Of a stretch of 48,410 nucleotides of DNA, positions 9,239 to 19,269 are shown piece by piece. The stretch comes from a virus (lineage: Duplodnaviria; Heunggongvirae; Uroviricota; Caudoviricetes). The DNA lies in IMG/VR virus record IMGVR_UViG_2531839667_000010, positions 1-48,410 of that record, one strand, 5' to 3'. Within the stretch, counting starts at the first letter, position 1. Each line of letters begins with the position of its first letter. The notes under the pieces were generated by a model. The model was not told where the DNA came from. It was given only the letters and a program-made list of their open reading frames with translations, and made no database searches. Made by a program: the position numbers and the translations under genes.

Positions 9239-9363
9239 TTATTCAATCCATCAACTAAAATACCATGTAAACGAATTGCCATAACATTTCCCACTTTATT
9301 TTACTTACTCAACACAACAAGTATATTAAAATTGAACCTTGTCAACAACACAAAGGAGTCCCA

Positions 9364-9597
9364 ATGAAACTCGCTCTAATTATGCTGCCATTATGTCTGT
9401 CCCTCACTGCATGTGGTAATGGTTTAAATACCGGTAAACCAAATTCCGGTGTCATTCCAAAACCTTTGGATCGAGATGGTAACGGTTCTTTAATTTATGA
9501 TACCGAAAACCTTCCAATGACGGGGCAGTGGTGTCACGAGATTGATCACGAATACCGACGAATCGGTAGCCCTTCTAACTGTGTTATAGACTACTAA
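9364..9597 (+). CDS. Small lipoprotein, Cor-like superinfection-exclusion candidate
   Basis: 77 aa with signal peptide and lipobox LTAC; strong AAGGAG Shine-Dalgarno; antisense to the tail operon just downstream of J, where cor sits in phi80/N15/HK022-type phages as I recall. Confidence 0.5.
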   Translation: MKLALIMLPLCLSLTACGNGLNTGKPNSGVIPKPLDRDGNGSLIYDTENLPMTGQWCHEIDHEYRRIGSPSNCVIDY

Positions 9598-9600
9598 ATA

Positions 9601-9630
9601 TTAACCCCTCAAAAGAGGGGTTAATATTTT
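9601..9630. terminator. Bidirectional rho-independent terminator between cor and J
   Basis: Perfect 10-bp stem ttaacccctc/gaggggttaa, loop aaaa, T/A runs on both sides. Confidence 0.55.
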
Positions 9631-12600
9631 AACCTGTGAATGAACCAGATCCGTGTGATACTATGACAGTAGGCGAATAAATGGACGCGCCCCTGTTATT
9701 TTGAGCGGACACTTTAATACGTACTGTTACGTTTGGACCTGTTACAACAGCAGAATGCATAATAAGTCTCTCCACGTCTTGCACAGATGAACCACTCTCA
9801 TTGCCGTTAATATTGATTAGTCCTGCACCATTACCTTTAACGTTTGCTATAACACAGACGTGTCTTGCGTGCCCAGAACTGGATGAATCCTTATAAGTTA
9901 TTACCTTTTCTAAAAGGCCGTCACTAGACCGACTAACGTCAGTTCCGGTGTGCATATTTGCAATGTCCCCGATAAAACTTTGGGCTTCCACAGTCCCTTT
10001 GAATTTACCGCTTGTTGCTTGTATCTCACCAGTAAATCTACCGCCACTAGCATATACTACACCTCTGACGGTCACATTGTTGAATTCAGCATCTCCAGCT
10101 TTATTCAACTTCCAACCAGCAGAACCAGCTGCATAGTTGTTGGACTGGATATAGTTGCCGATTTTTGCGTTCTCAATGGTGCCGTCCTGGATGAAGCTGG
10201 CCCGGATGAATGTCTGTCCATTCTGGATCACAAACGGCAAAGCCACGCTATTTCCGGCTGCCGTGGTGACGGCGAAGCGATCAGCCAGGAAGATAACCTG
10301 CGACTGCATGCCGGATGGCGTATTCTCCACGCCGATACCCATCCCCGCGGCGTAATACTGACCGTTGCTGGAAACGCCAACCTTGATGTTGTACATCGCG
10401 CTGAGGTCGCCATTAACGTTTGCTATCGCCTGAGCGTTAGTGGTGATGGCGGAGGTATGCCCGTTCACGGTCGCCGTAATGCCGTTTATCTGCGTGGCCG
10501 TAGCCTGCTGATAGTCGGAGAACGTCTGATTCAGGCTGTTTATGGATGCCTTGTTGCCGTTGACATCCGTCTGCAGGCTCAGCAGAGAACGCGCCGTTGC
10601 CTCCTTCTCGTTAACGATTACCTCATCAATACGATCCAGCTGCGCACTGTTCCCTGCGACCGAAGCTGACAACGATTTACGCGTAGCCACTTGTGCCAGC
10701 CCGTTCTGGATAATTGCGATAGCAGAGTTCTTCACCCCGCCCGTCATGCCGTCCATAGACACGCTGATGCTGTCGATTCGCTGGCCCAGTGCGGTATCAG
10801 CAGTCGCAACAGTCTGCTCAAGATCTGAGAGAGAAGACGACACATCACCGACCGTGCTAGAAAGCTCATTAACGCTGGTCTGAACCTGCCCGATGTCCTG
10901 CGCGTTTTTTGCGATTTCCTGCGCCTGGAGTTCAAGTTCATCGTTGGCCTGTTTGATGTCGTCAGCCATGCCAGCAATTTTTTCATTGCTGTCCACAGCG
11001 TTCTCGATCAGGTCTTTGAACGTCTCAGACCCTTTGATGTCTTCAAGGATCACATCTGTGATGTCAGAAACATCGATACTGGCCTGCCCACGAACCCAGC
11101 TGGTATAACCTGACTCGTTACCGCTGCGGTCAACCAGCTGCGCGCGGTACCAGAAAATCTGCCCCGCTTTAAGGCCCATCTGCTGATATTTGCGCTGCGG
11201 GTAAGGCACATCGGCCAGCAGCATGGCATCGTCTTCAGTACCGGTCAGGCTGTACTGAATTTCCGTCTTCAGCGTGTCGTCGGTATTCGCCTGGAATCCC
11301 CAGTTCAGCTCGATACCGAACACCACGTTTTCAGAGGCGATAAAGCCAACCGGCTTCGGTGGATTGCCCACTTTACCCGTCAGCGTTTTCTCTTCTGAAT
11401 AGCCCCATCCGGATGAAATTTCTGCGGCATTGATTGCGCGCACCCGCACCAGGTAGCGCCCGGCATAAATCCCCGGGACGTCGAATGACGTGGTGGAGGT
11501 GCGCGGCACGTTAACCCAGTTCCCGTCGTTGCGGCGCCATTGCGCTTCATAGGCGATAGCGTTCTGCGCCTGGTCCCAGCTCACGCGCATTGTTTCGACG
11601 CTGATATTTTGCTGAACCACGGAAAACGAGCTGATCACGATATTCGCAGGCGGCGACTGGTTGCCCGGCGGGATCACGCTCACCGGCCGTTGGTCAATGA
11701 TGGCACCGGTATCGATACGCGCATATTTATCCGGATCGTGCAAAGCGCCAGCAATCGAATACGTTCCGTCATTATTATCCGTAACGCTGATAACGCGATA
11801 TTGCTGCGCGTAAAGCTCTTCAGACTCGACAATCCACACCGATTCCACTGCAGGTGTTTCGCTGTATGCCGTTGTCACAGTGACGGCCCGCCCGTTTACG
11901 CTCTGTATCGTCCTGCTCTGCGATGCGCCGGACGGAAGGTTAACCATCAGACGGCTTCCGGGAGCGGCTGCCGAATCACGATCAAGCGTGATAACGCGAC
12001 CGTTAACCGCGCTGATGCGCCCTCCCATCACTTTTCCGGAAAGCAGCTCATCGGCAACCGCGATGATATAACCAGGCTGTGGGATCTTACCGTCAAGACC
12101 AACATCGAACGACACGATGCGATCCTTGTTATTGGTCAGGATACCCCAACGTCCTTTGCGGTTTGCCTCTGACTGCCGGGTACAACCAATGGCTGTCATT
12201 TCGAGCTGATTTGTGCCAAAGCGAGCAACGAGATCCTGCTCAAATACAGGCTCCATCGCATCCGCGTAGGCATTACCCGGATCGGACCAGGAAACCAGTG
12301 CCGTGGTATAGCGGGTTTTGGTGGTGCTGCCCGAATAGGTAAAGCGCCCATTAACCACGTTTGCACGCGTGTAGCTGTAATCCACATCGCGGGGCATATC
12401 CGCCAGCGCAACGATTTGATCGCCACCCCAGTACGTCATGCCCCGGAATATCGCCGCAAAATCACGTAACACGGTATAGGCGTCATTCCTCTCCTGCACG
12501 TACACGTTACAGGTATAGCGAGGCTCAGTGCCGCTACCGCCTTTACCATCAGGAACCGGCTGATCGCAATATTGCGCGACCTGATAAAGCGTCCATTTAT

Positions 12601-13519
12601 CAATATTGGCCGCCGTCAGGCGATTGCCCAGCCCAAAGCGGTCGCTCACCACCAGATCGTAAAAAATCCAGGCTGGATTATCCGTCCACGCCCACTTAAA
12701 CGCCCCTGTCCATGTGCCGCTGTAGGTGCGGGTCTCCGGGTCATACGTATCCGGAACGCGGATTACACGCCCTCGCGGTTCGCAGGATATTTGCGGGATA
12801 GAGCCGTTAAACTGGCTTGAGTCGAATTCGATGTACAGCAGCGCGGTATTTGGATAACGCAGTTTGGCGTCAATAACCTCTGTGTAGCTCTGCAGCGTCA
12901 TCGTGTCGCCAATTTTCGCGCTGTTGGCATCCGCCGTAAGCTTACGCAGGCGCACCGTCCATGTACTGCCTGCCTGTGGTAAATCGATACGATGGCTGCG
13001 TTCGTAGCCGGAAGTTGTCTTGCCGGTTACGCTGGTATTAAGTACCGTCTGCCAGGTGCCGCCATCGGTCTGCAGATCAATAGCGTAGTTAATTGAATAG
13101 CCAACCAGATCGCCATCATCCTCCTGTTTAAAAAGCGATGGCCACTTGAGGCGCAGGCGAACGGCTGACAGTTGCGTGTTGGTAAAGGTATGTGTCCAGC
13201 CGGTGGTGCTTGACACTTCGGTGCCCACGCTGATTTCATTTTCTGTGCCGGGGATACCCTGAATATATTTTTGTGCCTGAGTCCCCGGACGAAATTCCCA
13301 CGCCACGCCACTGAAGTTTTGCGATCCGTCTGCATTCTCCAGTGGCGTGCCATCGAGATAGATATCCTTCGCCGTCAACTGCCCTGCAAATTCGCCCTCT
13401 CCCAGTGCAACAAGAATTTTGGCTTTCGCTACGGACTGGAGATCGTCTGGTTGTTCAGTCGGGGTGCGTGAACTGGAGCTGCCGCCCTTGCGGCCTCTAA
13501 TCGGAGTAGATGTAGCCAT
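9629..13519 (-). CDS. J: Tail tip / host-specificity protein J
   Basis: 1296 aa; recalled lambda J motifs (YCDQPVPDG...TEPRYTCNVY); position after tail assembly protein I. Confidence 0.9.
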   Translation of the reverse strand: MATSTPIRGRKGGSSSSRTPTEQPDDLQSVAKAKILVALGEGEFAGQLTAKDIYLDGTPLENADGSQNFSGVAWEFRPGTQAQKYIQGIPGTENEISVGTEVSSTTGWTHTFTNTQLSAVRLRLKWPSLFKQEDDGDLVGYSINYAIDLQTDGGTWQTVLNTSVTGKTTSGYERSHRIDLPQAGSTWTVRLRKLTADANSAKIGDTMTLQSYTEVIDAKLRYPNTALLYIEFDSSQFNGSIPQISCEPRGRVIRVPDTYDPETRTYSGTWTGAFKWAWTDNPAWIFYDLVVSDRFGLGNRLTAANIDKWTLYQVAQYCDQPVPDGKGGSGTEPRYTCNVYVQERNDAYTVLRDFAAIFRGMTYWGGDQIVALADMPRDVDYSYTRANVVNGRFTYSGSTTKTRYTTALVSWSDPGNAYADAMEPVFEQDLVARFGTNQLEMTAIGCTRQSEANRKGRWGILTNNKDRIVSFDVGLDGKIPQPGYIIAVADELLSGKVMGGRISAVNGRVITLDRDSAAAPGSRLMVNLPSGASQSRTIQSVNGRAVTVTTAYSETPAVESVWIVESEELYAQQYRVISVTDNNDGTYSIAGALHDPDKYARIDTGAIIDQRPVSVIPPGNQSPPANIVISSFSVVQQNISVETMRVSWDQAQNAIAYEAQWRRNDGNWVNVPRTSTTSFDVPGIYAGRYLVRVRAINAAEISSGWGYSEEKTLTGKVGNPPKPVGFIASENVVFGIELNWGFQANTDDTLKTEIQYSLTGTEDDAMLLADVPYPQRKYQQMGLKAGQIFWYRAQLVDRSGNESGYTSWVRGQASIDVSDITDVILEDIKGSETFKDLIENAVDSNEKIAGMADDIKQANDELELQAQEIAKNAQDIGQVQTSVNELSSTVGDVSSSLSDLEQTVATADTALGQRIDSISVSMDGMTGGVKNSAIAIIQNGLAQVATRKSLSASVAGNSAQLDRIDEVIVNEKEATARSLLSLQTDVNGNKASINSLNQTFSDYQQATATQINGITATVNGHTSAITTNAQAIANVNGDLSAMYNIKVGVSSNGQYYAAGMGIGVENTPSGMQSQVIFLADRFAVTTAAGNSVALPFVIQNGQTFIRASFIQDGTIENAKIGNYIQSNNYAAGSAGWKLNKAGDAEFNNVTVRGVVYASGGRFTGEIQATSGKFKGTVEAQSFIGDIANMHTGTDVSRSSDGLLEKVITYKDSSSSGHARHVCVIANVKGNGAGLININGNESGSSVQDVERLIMHSAVVTGPNVTVRIKVSAQNNRGASIYSPTVIVSHGSGSFTG

Positions 13520-13529
13520 ATTGCGCCCA

Positions 13530-13555
13530 TAAAAAAGGCCACCCTGAGGTGGCCT
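13530..13555 (-). terminator. Terminator-like hairpin between I and J
   Basis: Stem aggccacc/ggtggcct with loop ctga, followed on the minus strand by a U6 run, 10 nt before the J start. Confidence 0.35.
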
Positions 13556-13571
13556 GAAAGGAGGTTTTTAT

Positions 13572-14162
13572 TTATTGCTGGTCTTCGACATAAATCCCGG
13601 CAGAAATAATCGCACCGCCGATTTGCCGACGACCATAAAGAAGCGGTACCGGATAGCCCTGCGCGGCGGTGTTGGTGACTCCACCGAACGCGTATGAGGC
13701 GCGGTTATCTGAACTCTGTTTGCTGGCCAGCCCCGCTGGTTGAGGGGAAAGCATCTGAACAACCCCGCCAATCATCATTGCGGCACCGAATTTGTATAAG
13801 AATGGTGATGCCGCAGCCCAGGGTGTGAAATTAAGCACCGCCCCAACGGCAACCAGAACTGCACCAAGTATTGTCTGGAGTAATCCGGCCTTTTTGCTCC
13901 CGATAATCACCGGGACAATGCGAATGACATCGCCGGTGACCGGGTAACCCAGGTCATCAACACCAATATTCTTTTTCCCTTTGAATACTGAATAAGTGAG
14001 ACCACGGCGTTGGCTGGAAATCATAAACTGCTCAAAGCCCGGTATAGTCTTTGCCAGCGCAACACTCGCTTCGTTCACGCGGGAAATCAGGCGATGGTGA
14101 ACTTTACCGAATGTTTTCCCGAGCACGCCGCCAAGCTCAATGCGGGTCATTACTTCCTGCAT
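13572..14162 (-). CDS. I: Tail assembly protein I
   Basis: 196 aa; lambda-type gene order I-J; hydrophobic central segment. Confidence 0.8.
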   Translation of the reverse strand: MQEVMTRIELGGVLGKTFGKVHHRLISRVNEASVALAKTIPGFEQFMISSQRRGLTYSVFKGKKNIGVDDLGYPVTGDVIRIVPVIIGSKKAGLLQTILGAVLVAVGAVLNFTPWAAASPFLYKFGAAMMIGGVVQMLSPQPAGLASKQSSDNRASYAFGGVTNTAAQGYPVPLLYGRRQIGGAIISAGIYVEDQQ

Positions 14163-14920
14163 GTTTCACCTGCCATTACATCTTTATAGCGAACGATCTT
14201 CATTGTGCGCTCCTGCCAGTATCCGCCATAAGGAACACGTTGACTCAGATGCCCGTAAAGATGGTGCAGCAGCATGTTACCCTCCAGTAAAATCCCGGCA
14301 TGATTCCACTTATCGGCCTGCACCTGCATGATGACGAGGTCCCCTTCCTGAGGCGGACCATCAAACTCCCTGAATCCGCACTCGTACCAGCACTCCTGAT
14401 AGAAATTGTCCGGGTAGTCGTTTTCCCACCAGGGATAATCCACCCGGTAATCGTGGAGCTCGATACAGTGGGTCTGCCGGAAATAGCTCATTACCAGACC
14501 CCAGCAATCGAAGTGGCCAAGCACGAACGGACGCTCCAGCAATGGCAGCTCCCCGCGTGGCTGAATGGTACGTAAATCCCCCTCTGGCCAGCTCACAATA
14601 TGCCAGGGCAGCAGCGTTGCATCACACTGCGCCTTATCCAGCTCGCTGGCCTGCGTCGTCGCATCAGGATGGCTGTGAACAATGGCCACCACCGTCCCCC
14701 AGTCTTCTGCCGCTGCGTAATCTTCGGGGGACAGGTGAAAATGTTCAGTCGGCTCTGCTGCGAGATTACGACAGGGAAAATAGCGCTCAACCCGGCTTTT
14801 CTGTGCCACCACGCCGCAGCACTCTCGCGGATATTCCGCTGCAGCGTGTGCCATGATGGCATCAATGGTTTTCTGGCGCATATCAGCTCCTGATAAGAGA
14901 TGTACCGGGGAAACCGCCAA
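14150..14920 (-). CDS. K: Tail assembly protein K (MPN/JAB plus NlpC/P60-like)
   Basis: 256 aa with HSHP metal-binding motif; overlaps I and L as in lambda. Confidence 0.85.
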   Translation of the reverse strand: MAVSPVHLLSGADMRQKTIDAIMAHAAAEYPRECCGVVAQKSRVERYFPCRNLAAEPTEHFHLSPEDYAAAEDWGTVVAIVHSHPDATTQASELDKAQCDATLLPWHIVSWPEGDLRTIQPRGELPLLERPFVLGHFDCWGLVMSYFRQTHCIELHDYRVDYPWWENDYPDNFYQECWYECGFREFDGPPQEGDLVIMQVQADKWNHAGILLEGNMLLHHLYGHLSQRVPYGGYWQERTMKIVRYKDVMAGETCRK

Positions 14921-15638
14921 ACGGCAGCTCGTTGCTGTCTCCGTGCCGGAGCTTGCAGGCCGTCAGCGTGCCGTTGCAGACATCCAGCGATGGATCGTCA
15001 ACCGGATTATTGTTTTTGTCGAAATAGCGCGTTCCGGCATAGTCGCAGCCGTCGCCGGTCCGGTACTTGTTCCGGATGCACCAGCTGCATAACGAATGCA
15101 GCTGCCGCGTGGGTATCATCTGGCCCTGTAAATCCATCGGACTGGAAAGCGTAAATTCAACAGATTCATCCGTCTCGGTGCTTCTGGCATCGATATAAAA
15201 GACCTTCAGCTTTTCCTGTGACGGGTCTGCAGTGGGATTGCCCTGCGGAAAATTTCTGGCGTCCAGATACTGTGCCAGCGTGTCGTGGATACTCACTTTC
15301 GCCTGCAGCAGATCGTCATACGCCAGACAGAGCGCTGAGATCGAGCTGTCCAGGTTCGCCACACTCAGTTTTGGCTGTGGACTGGTACCGTCCGTAGTCG
15401 CTTCAATACCCTCAACCTGACATGGCCAGGCTTTATACTCCTCCCCCTGCCACCAGATGGACTTCGCCGGAAGTTTATTCTCATCCCCGCCTGCAGCCTC
15501 AATCTCTTCCGGGGTATGCGCGATATTATGTGCGTGGAAGCGGAGTACATCTGACATACCGAACGCTGTGCCATCGACAGAAAAAAGCCGGACTTCATTG
15601 CCCGGCTCGAGTTTTTGATAATCAGCATTAAGACTCAT
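14883..15638 (-). CDS. L: Minor tail protein L
   Basis: 251 aa, cysteine-rich C-terminus; lambda gene order. Confidence 0.85.
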   Translation of the reverse strand: MSLNADYQKLEPGNEVRLFSVDGTAFGMSDVLRFHAHNIAHTPEEIEAAGGDENKLPAKSIWWQGEEYKAWPCQVEGIEATTDGTSPQPKLSVANLDSSISALCLAYDDLLQAKVSIHDTLAQYLDARNFPQGNPTADPSQEKLKVFYIDARSTETDESVEFTLSSPMDLQGQMIPTRQLHSLCSWCIRNKYRTGDGCDYAGTRYFDKNNNPVDDPSLDVCNGTLTACKLRHGDSNELPFGGFPGTSLIRS

Positions 15639-15982
15639 GGTGCAAATGCCTGTTCAAACGTTGCGGTTACGGTTATCACTTTTACGTTTTTAACCACCTT
15701 TTTGAGCGTGTCAGCCTCGACACGCCACAGCGCGGTATCGCCGAAAGGCGGTGTGAAAATAAACGACTTCACTTTATGCCGCCGAAGGAAAGCGTGAATT
15801 TCATTCGCTGTAGTCGGATCCCCTGAAAAGGAATATTCATAGGTACGAATCTCATCATTCAGGCCGGAGCCGCTCACCTGTGCGTACCCGTCGCCGAACT
15901 GGACCTTCCTGACTGTGTCTTTGCTTCCCTCGGTGGGCTGGCTGGAAACCTTAATGCCCCAGGGGAATGTTTCTATCGTCAT
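15635..15982 (-). CDS. M: Minor tail protein M
   Basis: 115 aa; stop overlaps the L start. Confidence 0.8.
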   Translation of the reverse strand: MTIETFPWGIKVSSQPTEGSKDTVRKVQFGDGYAQVSGSGLNDEIRTYEYSFSGDPTTANEIHAFLRRHKVKSFIFTPPFGDTALWRVEADTLKKVVKNVKVITVTATFEQAFAP

Positions 15983-15987
15983 AACTG

Positions 15988-18504
15988 TTACCTGCGATTG
16001 GTCGCATTCCAGATAAGCCCACCGGGCTGGATTGCCCTGGCGATACCATCGTTGACAGATTTGTTAATCACCTGCTGATACGCCTTACCTAGCCTGTCTC
16101 CGTCGTTTTGCTGCTGTGCGTTACCGGAAGCATTCTCGACCGTCACCGGGGCATATACACTGACACCGAAAGGTGCTGCAGCCGGGCCTGTACCACCGCC
16201 CCCGACATACCCACCCGTGGCATACCCTTTCATCATCCGGTAAAGATTGCCGACGCCGATCCGGCTGGTAGCCTCTTTGGTGAAAACAAATTCACCACGG
16301 TGAACGACACCTGCAGGTTCATATTTCCCGCCTGAACCGGTATAACCGCCACCTGCAAATCCCAGCGCGGTTGTCGCTGAATCCACCAGGCCTACCATCG
16401 CCTGTTTCAGCAGGATCTGTGTCAGCATGGAGAGCGTGGAGCGGGTGAAGTCAGCCCAGTCAGCCTTTCCGCGCGTCAGCATGTCAGCCATATTTTGCCC
16501 GATGCCATCAAACGCACTGGTGGCAGCCGACTTCATCTGGCCATAAGCATCTGAAGCAGAATCAACATAATCTGCCCATGCGGATTTGGCTCCGGACTGC
16601 CAGTCGTCCCGCAGCTTATCCTGCTCGGCGTAATACGCCTGCAGCGCCTGCAGCTCATTCTGATAACCAGCATCGTTCTCCGAACCACCACCATTTTTCC
16701 AGCCCTGAAGAAGCTGGGCCTCTTCATTGCGACGTTGTGCTGCACGACTGCTCATACCAGCACTTTCCGCAAGGGCTCGGGTTTTCTCGCCGATCTGCGT
16801 GACGTATTTTTGGGACGTATCCTGCAGGCGATTAAGCCGCTCCTGCGCCACTATCTGATCGCCGAGCTTCGCATTCAGCTCCGCACGGGAAAGCACCTCA
16901 CTTTTACTGGCCAGCAGGGATTTTTCCTCAGCAGAAAGCGTTCGGGTCTTCGCGGCCTCTTCCAGAACCGTAAAGCGGGACTGCTGACGCCACAGCTCCT
17001 GACGCTGCTGGCTGATGGTGTCATTGATGCTCTTATGCTCCTGCAGGGTGCGCAGCTGTGTCTGTAGCTCCAGCGTCTGGGCACTGGCCGTATCGGTGGC
17101 ACGGGCACCTGCGGGGGTTCTGATTGCCGGGGTCTTCTTCGGCTTTTTAAGGGTGTCTTCGTACTCTTTTTTCGCGGCGGCCAGGTTGATGTTGTAGTCA
17201 GCCTGGAGGATCCGCCCCTCTTTCAGAGCCTTATTGAGCTCGCTCTGCCTGGCCGTGTATTTCTCAAGGGCAGTTTGGGTTTTGGCATAGTTGGCCTGAG
17301 CCTGCGCGGCATATTTCTGACGATCGGACTCTGCGACCGCTTCACGGGAAGCATTCTCTTCGTTCGCTTTGGCAATACCAGCCTGCTGCTGCGCCATATC
17401 CAGCGCAAGCCTGGCCGTTTCACGATCATTCCAGAACCGGGCGCGGGCCTCATCATTCACATAATGATCGCCTTTACGCAGATTCCAGATTTCATCAGCC
17501 TTTTTAAACGCGGCCTGGGCTTTTGCCACCATCTCCTGGGCGGTGTCAGGTCTGCCAATATCAAGTGCAGCATCCCACATCGACTTGAAGGCACGCTTCA
17601 GGGAATCCGCTGAAGACTCAATCGTCCCCATATTGTCGCGGATGGCCTTGGTCTGATCGTTGAATCCGGCAGTAGCAGCCTGATTAGCCGCCTGCAGTGC
17701 GCCAGCCTCATCACCGGCACGCTGCAGCTGTGCCACATGGGCAATCTGTTCGGCCGTAACGTTGTGGAACTGCTGAGCCATCGCGATCAGGCCTGATGTA
17801 GGGTCAGTAGTGAGCTTGCCGTATGCGGCTGCGACTTTTTCCACCGGCACGCCGGAGGCATCAGTAAATCGCGCCACCGCCTGGCTCATTTCATCAAAGC
17901 GCGAACTCGCGCCCACCCCCGCGTTGATAAGCTCGCTCAGGGCTTCGCTGGTCTGATTGAACGTCAGCCCCGCTGCCTGGCCGTTTCGTGCCAGCGCCAA
18001 CATACGATCGGCAGTCAATCCGGCCGTGTTCCCCGACAGTACCAGCGTTTTGTTGAAGTCAGATAGTGTGGATGAGCCCTGGTACCAGGCATAGAACAGC
18101 GCACCCGTTGCGGCGGACAGCGCACCGATGCCGACCATCAACGGTGAGATCGTACCCAGTAAGGCCCGGAATGTTGGTATTATCCCGCCAAAGGAGTCCT
18201 TAACCTGACCGCCCTGCTGAAGCAGAATCAGCCATGGGTTCTGCCCGCCCGCTAGCTGCGTAGCTATATCGGTAAACTGCGCCGGAAGCATACGCATTGC
18301 TGCGTTATACTGGCCTATTGAAATACCCGCCTTGCGCGCGGCGTTCTCCTGGCGGCTAAAGGACTGCTGGATCCGTAGCGCTTCGTCGTTCGCCGCGCTG
18401 CCAGTCTGCTTTAATTCTTTTTTGACGTAGTTAAGCTGCTCGTTAAATTTCGTCGAGTTAACGTCAAGGTTAACGACCAGATCACCCACTGCCGTCTGGG
18501 CCAT
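15988..18504 (-). CDS. H: Tail tape measure protein H
   Basis: 838 aa, Ala/Gln-rich coiled-coil middle region; follows G/T. Confidence 0.9.
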   Translation of the reverse strand: MAQTAVGDLVVNLDVNSTKFNEQLNYVKKELKQTGSAANDEALRIQQSFSRQENAARKAGISIGQYNAAMRMLPAQFTDIATQLAGGQNPWLILLQQGGQVKDSFGGIIPTFRALLGTISPLMVGIGALSAATGALFYAWYQGSSTLSDFNKTLVLSGNTAGLTADRMLALARNGQAAGLTFNQTSEALSELINAGVGASSRFDEMSQAVARFTDASGVPVEKVAAAYGKLTTDPTSGLIAMAQQFHNVTAEQIAHVAQLQRAGDEAGALQAANQAATAGFNDQTKAIRDNMGTIESSADSLKRAFKSMWDAALDIGRPDTAQEMVAKAQAAFKKADEIWNLRKGDHYVNDEARARFWNDRETARLALDMAQQQAGIAKANEENASREAVAESDRQKYAAQAQANYAKTQTALEKYTARQSELNKALKEGRILQADYNINLAAAKKEYEDTLKKPKKTPAIRTPAGARATDTASAQTLELQTQLRTLQEHKSINDTISQQRQELWRQQSRFTVLEEAAKTRTLSAEEKSLLASKSEVLSRAELNAKLGDQIVAQERLNRLQDTSQKYVTQIGEKTRALAESAGMSSRAAQRRNEEAQLLQGWKNGGGSENDAGYQNELQALQAYYAEQDKLRDDWQSGAKSAWADYVDSASDAYGQMKSAATSAFDGIGQNMADMLTRGKADWADFTRSTLSMLTQILLKQAMVGLVDSATTALGFAGGGYTGSGGKYEPAGVVHRGEFVFTKEATSRIGVGNLYRMMKGYATGGYVGGGGTGPAAAPFGVSVYAPVTVENASGNAQQQNDGDRLGKAYQQVINKSVNDGIARAIQPGGLIWNATNRR

Positions 18505-18802
18505 AGCGCACGCCTCCTGAAATACCTGCAGCCTTCGCCATCAGCGTATCGTCATCCGGCTCATCAACGTCGATGCTTTCCGATACAGGGGAAAGGATGC
18601 TGAAACTGTCCGGTGTTAATTCCGGATCAGCAAAAAACAGGGTTGAGATGGTGTAGAGCAAACCGGAGAAATGAGCATCCAGCTGCGCATCATGAAAGTA
18701 ATTGTCCTGGTAGAAGATTTTCCAGTCGCCGTATTCCGTTGAGGACATGCCAGCAAGCATGGCACGCCAGTCCGGGCGACCGAACTCACGCGCCAGTTTC
18801 AT
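18482..18802 (-). CDS. T: Tail assembly protein T (probably made as a G-T fusion by -1 frameshift)
   Basis: ORF in the -1 frame relative to G; the T frame is open for only about 9 codons upstream of the G stop, so the shift must lie within 18814-18840. Confidence 0.7.
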   Translation of the reverse strand: MKLAREFGRPDWRAMLAGMSSTEYGDWKIFYQDNYFHDAQLDAHFSGLLYTISTLFFADPELTPDSFSILSPVSESIDVDEPDDDTLMAKAAGISGGVRYGPDGSG

Positions 18803-18810
18803 GGCAAACT

Positions 18811-19233
18811 TCAGCTCACTGGCGAGGGCTTTTCCGCAGTAACAGGTTCAGCGGGTTCATTACGTTCTTCACCGGGCTCAGCCTGGTCATCAGTGACCGG
18901 CGCAATCATCCCGGACAGGAGTTTCACCTTATATTCGGCTTCGGCAACAAGTTCGGTCGGCCATGTCTGCATGACCTCATCCTGAATCTGCTCCACTTCC
19001 GCCGCCGCGTTTTCTCCCTGCGATCCTTTAAGCGCGTGGCCATGCCAGAGTGACATTGCCACCAGATATGCTCCACTCTTCACGGTAAGGGTAATGGCAG
19101 CCTGAAAATCACCAGCTTCAACCGCCTCAAGTTGTTTCAGGTATTCGAGGTATTCAATACGCTGCAGCGCCGACAGCTGGAACAATGTGACGCTGCTGCC
19201 GTTACTTTCAAGCAGCTCGCTCTTTAGAAACAT
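18811..19233 (-). CDS. G: Tail assembly chaperone G
   Basis: 140 aa, acidic; positioned between V and T. Confidence 0.75.
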   Translation of the reverse strand: MFLKSELLESNGSSVTLFQLSALQRIEYLEYLKQLEAVEAGDFQAAITLTVKSGAYLVAMSLWHGHALKGSQGENAAAEVEQIQDEVMQTWPTELVAEAEYKVKLLSGMIAPVTDDQAEPGEERNEPAEPVTAEKPSPVS

Positions 19234-19269
19234 AATTACTCCGGGGGAACGGGGCTTTCGCCCCGGTTA

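Noticed and set aside
9101-9367. 88-aa plus-strand ORF upstream of the cor-like gene
   Set aside because: It overlaps the tail-fibre remnant on the other strand, has an odd composition and no ribosome-binding site.
9948-10669. 239-aa and other plus-strand ORFs inside J (and similar antisense ORFs inside H, A, B and C)
   Set aside because: They are antisense to long conserved structural genes and have no ribosome-binding sites or recognisable domains; they are frame artefacts of GC-rich coding DNA.
13568-13771. 67-aa minus-strand ORF
   Set aside because: It is entirely inside tail assembly gene I in another frame; an artefact.
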